The notes beneath the pieces were generated by a model that saw only the letters and a program-made list of their open reading frames with translations, was not told the origin of the DNA and did not search any database. Made by a program: the position numbers and the translations under genes. Positions 10,909 through 20,000 of a stretch of 20,000 nucleotides of DNA are shown one piece after another. Position 1 is the first letter of the stretch. Each line of letters begins with the position of its first letter. The stretch is from Reclinomonas americana ATCC 50394 (taxonomy: Eukaryota): NCBI GenBank assembly GCA_048213135.1, contig PS015309.1, positions 98,193-118,192 of the forward strand, in the 5' to 3' direction.

Positions 10909-13900
10909 CTACGAAGAGTGCTCGGGGGGTGGCCGCGATGGCCCGTCTGGTTCCGGGATGGCGAGTTTGTTGTATCGGTAGGCCAGTTTGTGTGCCTCGA
11001 TGAACGCCACCAGCTCCGACTCCAAAGGCACGTGGACCGCCCCGGGTGCGAGTGGGCGCTCATCTTCACCGTCCACGGCAGGCGCGCGTGGTGACGGTGG
11101 CGGACTGTGGCGAATAAAGATGTCGTGCAGCCGCTTGTGTTGAAAGAGTGTCCACCACAACACGAATGCGGTGGCCGCGACCAGCACCACTCCAGCCACC
11201 GAAGCCAGCGCCGCACTCTGCTGGAACACACAGAACACTGCACGAGATGACAGGCAGTGGGAGACACTCGGCAGGGAGGGGACCACAGCAAAAAAACACA
11301 CGGACCGAGCCAGATGCCAATGTACAGCAGCAAGTAGCCGTAGACGATCTGCGTGAGATTCTTGAGGATCTCTGGAGTGCTGTGCATTGGTGAAAGTCAG
11401 TCACTCTGCATGTGCGCACACGCACACACATGCGTACACGCTCCACTTGCCAGTACGGCGACGTGACCGGCCCATCATATGCAAAGGCACTCTCCGTGTG
11501 CGACAACCAGTTCCATTTCTGCGCGACAACCAAGTTCAGTACAAATGGGCATGCAGCAGAAGCAACAAGCACACTCACATGAACAATGTGTCGCACGTAC
11601 AAGGTGCACAGGCACAGGGGTACGACGACTGGTGAGAATACAGAGTACACCAGCGCCACCTGTGTTGGAGCGACGGGTTGTCACGAATTGCACACAACAA
11701 CAATAACAACAACAGCACGATTGTCGTCACCCACCCCAAAGAGTAGGCTATCCTGGGCGTATTTGGAGTTGAACTCGGGCGCAGCAGGACGAATGGCGTG
11801 CGCCATTTCTTGCGGAGTCTGTGCACGCGATCAAAGTCAGTATCGCACGCGGTCCTCTTCACCACGAACACGGTTGACGCACCACAGCGGACCAGGCCTG
11901 GAATCAAGACATCGTGTGAGATAGTATCGACAAACACGTCAACAATATGCAGCGCACACCTGAAAGTGCATGTCGAAAAAGTGCTTCAGTTGTGCCATGC
12001 GCGCGGCAGTGCCAATGAAGAAACTCTGCATCACATACGCCTGCAATTCCACCGTTTAGTGTCGCAGCGCATGCGTGCACTGTATCACTCGCGCATCACT
12101 CACCACAAAGAATGCACAACTTCGCAAAAGCACACCAAACAACATGAATTAAGTGCCGCCGTGGCACATGCACAGAGAGTGAGAGGAGCGATCATGCGAC
12201 TTACGTGGAGGCCGTAAACACCTGCGGGGAGCGCGACAGTTGGACAAGAAGGCAAGGTACACAAGTAGTGACAGCAGGCGCACGAAACATGCTTCAGGGC
12301 CCCTGAAAGGTCGCTGCCAGTCTTGTGGACCTCGATAATGGCCTCCAGCGTGGAAATGGCAAGCGACGGAAGAATGACTGTGGACACGGCCAGGTACGTG
12401 CATGTCCGCCCGAGAACCGCGGACCGCAGCCCTCGGCGAGAGACAGGCCTCTCGTGCCGCGACGTGTCTACCACTCCACTGTCAGCTCACGCCAATGTCT
12501 CCCGAACGCCGCCGCCGACTCAAACGCAACATTGCACAACTGCCGGCTGTGCGCATGCAAGCAGCGAGAACAAAGTGAGAAACCCACCGAGCGCGTGTGC
12601 TAACATACGCGCAACACACGCACAATGACCAAGTTGACCCAGTAGAGGAAGAACATGGGAACCGAATATCTGCGGCGACTTGACGTGAGTCACCAGACAG
12701 ACAGCAGAATTGGAGAGACAGGGAACAATCAATCGCACGTGGCCATGGTCGCCCAAAAGGCTGCGATTGAGGAGAACGCAGTTTGCACGTCAGCTACGAG
12801 ATACAAACACACGACGACCGATAAGAGACACGCACGCACCACTGGCCCCGGTGGTGAGGAAACGGGTGGCACCGCCAATCACATCCACGCTCGCCATCTG
12901 GCACGTGCATGTGAGACAGTGTGGATGCACACTGCCGAGGCATATGCGCACGGCTCACCTTCTCCAGGGAGGTGAGGACGGCCAGTGGAGAAGAATAAAA
13001 CACCAGAAACACAATAAAGAGGGAGCGCCATATCAACACACGCCAGTATCGCTGCCACTTGGTGTAATGCAAGTTCTGTGGCACTCGTGTCAGGAGTCTG
13101 CGTGGTATACGTGCCGTCGCATGTGCATGCACAAACCTCCCAGATTACGTCTTCGGGTCGCGGGGCCGGATGGAATCCCCACGATACGGGCAGATCACCA
13201 GCATGCTGCACAGCATGTGTGCATCGCCGTTCAGTTGGCATTCGATGCAAGCTCAAAAAAGAACCCCTTGCACCTTCAAGCACTGCGCGGCAGAGTCGGG
13301 GTTCCAGAAGGTGACAAAGGCACGCGAACCCGACAGTGTGTTACTGCGTGTCGGATCGGCCAGTGCGCGCTCGTACTCCAGCTTGGTTCGTGCGATCGTC
13401 AGCTGCTGGTCAATTTCGCGTGCGGTTGACTCCCCACGCTGATCGCAGCCGCAGCACATGCACCGGCACTGCATGCGACCCTTGATTTCATCACGCGCAG
13501 ACATGAACTGCAGTAGGCGTACTCGCTCACGCTCCGCACGCAGAGCATCAAGGCGTTGACAGGCCTGCGTGCGTACAGCATGAAAAATCAGCAGACAGAC
13601 ACACGGTTTGCTGATACCAGCACCCAGACGAACCGCAACAAATCGATGCAACACCGGCACCACCTGCAGACATGCACAGTGAGAGAGAGGGAGTACACCC
13701 TGAATTGCACTGCGACTCGACAATCACCTCAATGTGCGCCACTTGTTCTGGTCCATGTCTCTGGTCACGCAGCACGTGTGCAATGTTCTTGCGGACGGCG
13801 GCCAAGGTGGCTCTCGGAAGCCCGTCTATCATCACCGTGTAGGGCGCCAGAGAGAGTTCCAACGAGGCAGCCGATGGCGGAGCCACAGACGGCAGCAACG

Positions 13901-14933
13901 ATTCGACGTCGTGTTCACCGCCGTGACCAACCTGCTCCGAGAAGAGCTGGGCGTGGCGATAGACACCGAGAGAGAACGGCAGCACGTGGAACCGCTGGAA
14001 CGCATACAGCACGACACAGGCAGTCAGAATGACCACCGCCATGTGACTCCACAGTCGCGGTGAGCCCGGCGCGACCTGTGTCCATCACTGTCAGCAGGAA
14101 CAGCAACAGCAACAGTGGCCACACAAGCACGAAGCATTCTCAATCGTGGTGATCGCAAACGCTGCATCGGTGACATTGGCGATCTCACGATACAATGGCT
14201 GATCGTCCAGCGCGTTGCCAGTGAGGTTGAGCGGCAACTAGACGAGCAACACCGTTGAGAGAGAACGTTGGTTGCATCGCTGTGTGTGCAACGAGCTGGC
14301 GAACCGTGACCAGCAACGCCGGGACCGACAACATCAACAGCAGCGCGATGAGACGCTTCTCAAACGCCAGAAAGATGACCACATCACGACTCAGTCGATT
14401 CTCAAACTGCGCACACGCACACACGCAGAGCAAGCGATCTTCAGCAGGCAGCGAAGATCCACAACAATCGCGATCCCAGGCTGCGCAACGTCACGATTCT
14501 GCCACGAAAACACCTCCGTCCACGAGAACACACCATCGCCCAATCGCGGTGCCTGTTCCACTCGCCGAAACGCATCGCCTGTGACTGCCGTGAGCGGACG
14601 CTGCCGGCATGCACACACACATTCACAATTGATTCCTCTGTCACACCTTCCTCCATGGTCAACTCTGCAGCCGACGCAGCAGCAGCAGCAGCAGCAGAGG
14701 CTGATCCCTTGTCATCACCACTCACTGTGCGCGTGCGTGACTGGCGTGCACAGACAGAGACAGAGACAGAGAGAGAGAGACACACCTCGTGCTTCATGCA
14801 CAAGACACTCTTTGACACGTTCCAACACGCGACGCACTGCGCGCAGTTGCAGTCGTCGAGTCCATGGCACCAGTGAGAGAACGACACCAGCGACCACTAA
14901 CGAGAAGACCAACGACGGCAGCAACACTGCCAT
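10909..14933 (-). CDS. OSCA/TMEM63/CSC1-family mechanosensitive calcium-permeable channel; about 23 introns
   Basis: Spliced motifs: FSW..FENRLSRDVVIFLAFEKRLI, LPLNLTG..ITTIENVAPGSPRLWSH, APYTVMIDGLP, AFVTFWNPDSA, PAPRPEDVIWENL, FYSSPLAV, VILPSL, AFFVAYVMQSFFIG, YSVFSPVVVP. ATG at 14933-14931, TAG at 10911-10909. Confidence 0.92.
14676..14698 (-). repeat. (GCA/GCT)n microsatellite encoding poly-Ala in the OSCA N-terminal loop
   Basis: gcagcagcagcagcagcagcag on +; translates as [13 protein letters not shown] on -. Confidence 0.8.
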
Positions 14934-15033
14934 CGCGATTGATCGATGGAGTGGACAGTTTGATGTTGCTGACGTCACACACCCGCACAAAAAGGGGTTT
15001 GCTTTGCCCCACTTGAACCTTACAAGAGAGAAA
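14934..15033. promoter_or_regulatory. Putative bidirectional promoter (100 bp) with a perfect TGACGTCA palindrome at 14970-14977
   Basis: Lies between the divergent start codons of the OSCA gene and RPA3. TGACGTCA is the CRE/bZIP consensus; function is inferred only. Confidence 0.5.
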
Positions 15034-15568
15034 ATGGCGACTGACTTTGCTGTGGCGCGTGTGAATGCGGGTGTGATGTCGAGGTGTGTGTGTTGTATGT
15101 GCTGCGTGTGTGTGTGTCTCTCTCTCTCTCTCACGCAGTTGACACAGGTTTGAGGGCAATGTGGTGTGTCTGGTGGGCGAGTGTGTGTCACAGGCGAGCT
15201 CCACTGCGCTGGTGAGGGCAAGCGATGGCCATGAAGTGCAGGTGCGTGTTCACGGAAAAAGAAAGAGAGAGATGTGCACAGTGTTGCTCATTTGCGTCTC
15301 TGTGTGAAGATTATTATGAAGCCCGGCAGCATGTACCCCAAGTTCGTGGAGGTCATTGGCTACGTGCTCCCTGGCAACCGCATCAAGGAGGAGCGGTACA
15401 CGGGTTTCCCTGACAACTTTGGTGCGTGTTTTGTATGTGTGAGCAGAATGTGAGTGAGTGTGCATCTCACTCTCTCTCTCCTCTCTCACGCACGCAGACT
15501 TGGCAAACTACAACGAGATGCTGACACTGGCGCACACTCGCTTCCGCGACATGTTCATTGCGCAGTGA
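15034..15568 (+). CDS. RPA3: Replication protein A 14 kDa subunit (about 108 aa); exons 15034-15083, 15148-15241, 15310-15421, 15498-15568
   Basis: Spliced product: MATDFAVARVNAGVMSRFEGNVVCLVGECVSQASSTALVRASDGHEVQIIMKPGSMYPKFVEVIGYVLPGNRIKEERYTGFPDNFDLANYNEMLTLAHTRFRDMFIAQ*. The RVN, V.LVG, A.DG, FVEVIG and FDL..YN motifs are typical of RPA14. The ORF track does not show it as a unit. Confidence 0.92.
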
Positions 15569-15671
15569 GCGGGGGGAGTTGGAATTCGCTGAGTGCAATG
15601 TGTGTTGAATCGATTTGTACTGCTTGTCTCTCTCTCTCGTTTGTGTTTGTGCTTGCGTTGCGCTTGGCGGC

Positions 15672-17638
15672 TCAAGTCGCCACGCTGGTGCACCGGGCAA
15701 TGCGCTCGCGCAGCTCCACAATGCGTGCCGACTCGGGCAGATGCTCCGTCGACACCTCGCATGCCTGCCACAGCTCGTGATTCACCTCGACCGGCGAGTC
15801 GAGCAGCACCAGTGCGGCCTCGAGCAGCTTCTCCGCTATGTCGCACAATCGTAAGTGAGTGGACAGGTGGAGAGCACGAGCGGGGGTTCCACTCACCACC
15901 GTCGACGGAGAGCGACACCGAGGAATCAGAAATGGCGTACGCCAGCGCGCCCAGCACAGCAATCTCCGTGTCGTCACCCGTGCGCTCCTTGCCAATGTAC
16001 ACGTTGTGTGCCAGTGACGCAGCCACCTGCCACCAGCATCGCACAGATACCCGTCAACCATGCGTCACCGCCCCTGCACTGACTGGTCATATCAAACACA
16101 CACAAACCTTCTTCTCCACCTCACTGGCGGCGTTGAGCGACTCCACCACGTGCGGCATAATTTGCTCGTAGATTGTCTGTCGCACAAAGTGTGCGCCTTT
16201 CGGGCTCGAGAACATGTTGCAGAACTGTGTACGACGGATGTGAGCACAACACACACGGACGCGCACACTTGCAACTGCACCAACCATGCGCAGTGTCATG
16301 ATTTTGAAGGGCGACGAGGCGGCCGACGTCGAAAAGTACCCCAGCAGCTTCTCGACCAGTTCACCTGCGCCGCACTTGCAAAGTGAGCGCGCGTACGAGC
16401 CTAACATGATGGTGGCCTCATGCACACACCTTGCGTGTCAACAAAGCGATCAACAGCCGCCGGCAAAATGAACGCCAGCCGCTGCAAGTCGAGAGCCGGG
16501 AACAGCTTGTTGACCGGCAGGTGGCCAATGATGGTGGCTGCCAGCCCGAATAAGGAGACACGCACACAAACATAAAGGAAATGCAAAAAGCAAACGTACC
16601 GAGTGTGCTGGCATCGCCCTCGGAGAGCACGCGATTGCTGCGCACGTTCTCCGCCGCGCGCTTGAAGAAATCCTCGTCGGCCACCAAAGACGTGGTCATG
16701 GCCGCCTCCTGCTCGACAAACTCGCGCAGCTTGCTAATCACCGTCTCCAGATTGGCGCTGGCAAACAAGTGCGGCTGCGGCACCGCAGCAGCAGCCGCCG
16801 CCGCAGCCGACACCGTCGGCGGTGGTTGCAACGGCGGTCCAGCTGCTCCCACGCCTGTCAGCCAAAAGAAAAACAAGACACGAGGAGTAACACAAAGGAG
16901 GACCTGACGCAGGCACCGAGCTCGGCACCGGCCCGAGCGACGGAGCCGCCGGGTTGCTGAACTGGCGCAACATGGGCGCCAACATTGCCCCAAACGGCGT
17001 CGACAGCACCTCCGCCGGAAGCCCAGTGATGTCTGCAAGAACCACAGTTGTCACTAACAAACGACACAGTCACTGTAAATAAATGCAGACAGAGATAGAG
17101 AGAGCACAGACGAGAGGGAATGTCGTTTCCGGTGAGGAACTTGGCGCACTCGGAGCTGAAGTTGTTGCAGTTGTTGGTGAGCAGATCGTACGAGGTATCG
17201 TTGAAGCGGTGGCTCATGTTGCCCATGAAATCCCTAAACACTTCCTCACTGATGTTGGTGCGTCCCAACAGAATCCGCTGCACTGGGTTACCGTAGGGCG
17301 TGCGACCAGGCTGCTCTCACATGTGAGAGTGAGTGCGTGTCAGTGAGAGTGAGAGAGTGCGTGCGTGCGTCAGTGACACGTAACATAGGGGAACTCTGAG
17401 ACTCCCTGCCCAAAGGCGAACTCTTTGCCGTACACGACCACACCTGTGTGTGTGTGTATGAGAGAGTGAGTGAGTGAGGGACTTCACATGTGTTGTGTGT
17501 TTGTTGTTGTCAGTTGTGTCACTGACCAGTGTGCCAGATGCCATCAATCTGCTTGCCCAACATCTGGCGCGACAGCATTCGCGCCATTCCCTGCGAGAGG
17601 TCGTACAAGTACACATACACTTCGTGTTCCTCGCCCAT
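15672..17638 (-). CDS. PPPDE/DeSI1-like cysteine isopeptidase fused to a C-terminal PUL domain; about 9 introns
   Basis: [82 protein letters not shown], with the catalytic His and Cys intact. PUL-type motifs [22 protein letters not shown] and TLRMFCNMF follow. Confidence 0.9.
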
Positions 17639-17716
17639 CTTTTGTCGTCGGTGTGCGTGTCAGTCTGTGAGAGGACTTGCAAATGGGACACTCGTCAACT
17701 TCATTTTCGTTCTCAA

Positions 17717-20000
17717 TCAACGACGTTGACGCTTCTTGGCCGGCTTGTCGTCGTCGTCATCATCGCCACCGCGATCGCGTCGAGAACCGCCGCCTCGGTC
17801 ACCGCCACCTCGACCTCCGCGATCGCCTCCTCCGCGATCGCCTCCACGTCCTCCTCGATCGCCTCCTCCGCGATCGCCGCCGCGATCACCACGGTCACCA
17901 CGATCGCCGCGATCACCTCGACCACCGCGATCACCTCCTCCGCGATCGCCGCCTCCACGGTCATCGCCTCGGTCGCCGCCTCGAGCAAAGCCCTTGCTGC
18001 CGCGCTGCTTGAGCAGGCCTTCGATTTGACGGAATTCACTGTCCTCCTTGCTGGAGCGGCCAGCACCGCCAGCGCCGCCGGCACTGCGACGCGTCTTGCG
18101 GCCATCGGTCATCTTCAGTCCGAATTGGAACGCGGCTCTGTGGCGGGGTGAGATGGTGACGGAAGGCGACAGAGACGTGTCGACACCAGTGATGCGTAAC
18201 TTGGGCACGGCCTCTTGGGTCTCCTTGTAGCGCGAGTACTCCTCCTCGGTGGCAAAGTCGTAAGGGCGTAGCACTGGCTTCTGGCGCGAGTCCATCTTTG
18301 AAAAGTCGACCTCGTCGTCAGAGTCCTCGTCGTCCTCGCCGTAGCCGCCCTCGACACCGGCGCCCGGCACGTCCGGGTAGCATTCCATGTAGGGATCCTC
18401 CACCTCCAACTTGCGACGCTGCTTGGCCGTCGGCACCTCCACTGCACGGCATGTGGTGAGGCGCGAAATGCGGAACAAGAAACAGATAATTCCTACCTCC
18501 GGGAACGCCCGGCTGGATGGTGGCCTTGACCTGCTTCTGCTTGTCGAGGAACTCCTCCACACGCCGATCAATGTCCGAGGCTGCCGCCGTTCCACCCTCC
18601 GCCGCCCCAAAGTACGACACGCGGGCTGCAGCAGCCGCCGCCGCCGCAGAGGCTCCAGTCGGAGAGACCACTTGCGAGGCGGCGGCGGCGGCGGCAAACG
18701 AGGGTGCACCGACGCCACGAGTGGCCAGCGGATCATACGGCTCAGTGGCGTCGGCAAAGATGCTACGCAGGCCAATGTTGGTCAGTGCGAGGCATGTAGC
18801 AAGGTGCGACAGTACGCAACTCATCCCCGTCGTCCAGATCCATGGAGACTGCAGGTGCGCGTTTGACTGCCGCCGTCGTTGTCGCCGCCTCTGCGGTGTC
18901 GGTCTCTTTCTGCTCCTTGTGCGCTGCACACGATTGTGAGTCAACAACAAAGCACCTTCAACATGACAACAGAACGCACATCGCTTTTTGCGGCGACTGA
19001 GTTTGCCTTGTCGGATGGCGGCGACAATGCGCGACACTTCCTCCAACACATCGGGCGCCGGCAGTGAGAACATGCGTTCCTGTGTTCGTGCTAGTGAGAC
19101 TTCTATTCACACACGAGCGGGTGTATAATAACAACGCAACATCTTGCGGACAGTCGAGTTTGGAGCGGACCACGGTCATCGGCACATCCTGGCGTGCATC
19201 CTCGTCGAGCGAGTACACGAATGCGGTTCTCCGCGGCAAGAAGCGGTCAGTCGAACGCGGCAGAGCCACTGTGACGGTGATGATGGTGGTGCACGCCCAC
19301 GTGAGCAAGAAGAGTGTGCCAGTGAGAAACCACGCCGCAGACGCAACAGTTCAGCGTGGACACATGATGATCAATGGCGGCATGCAGTGAACGACCAAAG
19401 GCCGTCCGCACCGCCACACTCGAGTCGCCATCCACACTACACGACGTCGCATGTCAACAAACAGCTCATCACTTCGCCACTCCTCTCTCTCGCCTCCCTC
19501 ACGCAACGACATCAACTCGGTCCCCTTGCCGCTCTTGCTCTTCTTCGCATCACCGCCAGCCGCAGCTCCTGCAGCTGCCGCCGTCGACTTGCTCTTGGTG
19601 ATCTCCTCGTACTCCATGTCGAAGCTCTCATCGGCTTTCGCGTCGAGCTTGTGCCGCGTCTGCAAGCACCGACGCAATGAGCAGCAGTCCAGCACCGATT
19701 AATGTAAGACACACACGCCTTCTCCAGCAGCTGATAATCGAGACCCTTGACGAGATGCGTTGTGCGCTCATCACCGCCCAAGTACTTGGTCTCCTCCACA
19801 CTGCAAGCACGTCACAAACAAAGCAATGCAGGGAAACACACAGCAAAGGCGCAACGTCAGCTGCGTGGCCTTGCCCAGCATCAACTCAGCCTCCACGGCC
19901 TCATAGTCCGGAGCCTTGCCCTCACGCCTACAGTGCACGAGTGAGACAGGGAGACAGAGACAGAGGCGGGAGGCCTTCTTTCTTTCCATCTCTCTTTTTT
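17717..20000 (-). CDS. IK: RED-like (IK) spliceosomal B-complex protein; 5' end lies beyond the window; C-terminal GGDR/RGD repeat tail
   Basis: RED_N motifs VEETKYLGGDERTTHLVKGLDYQLLEK, DRFLPRRTAFVYSL..DVPMTVVRSKLDCP. RED_C motifs DPYMECYP, DFSKMD, DFATEEEYSRYKETQEAVPKAAFQFGLKMTDGRKTRR. Last in-window exon starts at about 19927; TGA at 17719-17717. Confidence 0.93.
17765..17985 (-). repeat. Coding microrepeat encoding GGDRGG/RGD tail of RED
   Basis: Repeated cgcgatcgcc/cgcgatcacc units on +, translating to GGDRGGGDRGGRGDRGDR on -. Confidence 0.9.

Noticed and set aside
12394-12546. Tiny 23-nt intron or stop read-through in the OSCA TM4-TM5 region
   Set aside because: It is resolved more simply by the 16-nt microexon 12531-12546 plus the 63-nt intron 12468-12530.
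17474-18151. Overlapping ORFs over the RED tail (SPPR repeats, IASSA repeats, RDRLL repeats, EEAIA repeats)
   Set aside because: These are alternative-frame and antisense shadows of the stop-poor GGDR repeat; only the RED frame connects to conserved domains.
326-19990. Introner-type (transposon-derived) origin for the many short introns
   Set aside because: I saw no shared sequence between introns beyond splice signals and GT/CT microsatellite tracts, and no terminal inverted repeats by eye. An all-vs-all intron alignment would settle it.

Overview
This is a gene-dense, intron-rich nuclear region of a GC-rich eukaryote, probably a protist; I could not identify the organism. Manual splicing gives seven genes: an armadillo-repeat protein (+, 5' truncated), a mitochondrially targeted Glu/Leu/Phe/Val dehydrogenase (+), a putatively myristoylated degenerate Ras-like GTPase-PH-low-complexity protein (+), an OSCA/TMEM63 channel (-), RPA3 (+), a PPPDE/DeSI peptidase-PUL protein (-) and RED/IK (-, 5' truncated). 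Intergenic gaps are only 28-316 bp, and there are about 80 short introns, mostly 55-100 nt. The main signal is a second class of 5' splice site, non-G|GTT[G/T/A][C/A]G[T/C]. It looks like the normal donor shifted by one base and accounts for 19 of about 80 inferred introns, including one GC version. Six of the nine complete introns of the splicing factor RED belong to it. All gene models are inferred by eye from reading frame and recalled family motifs, with no transcript evidence.
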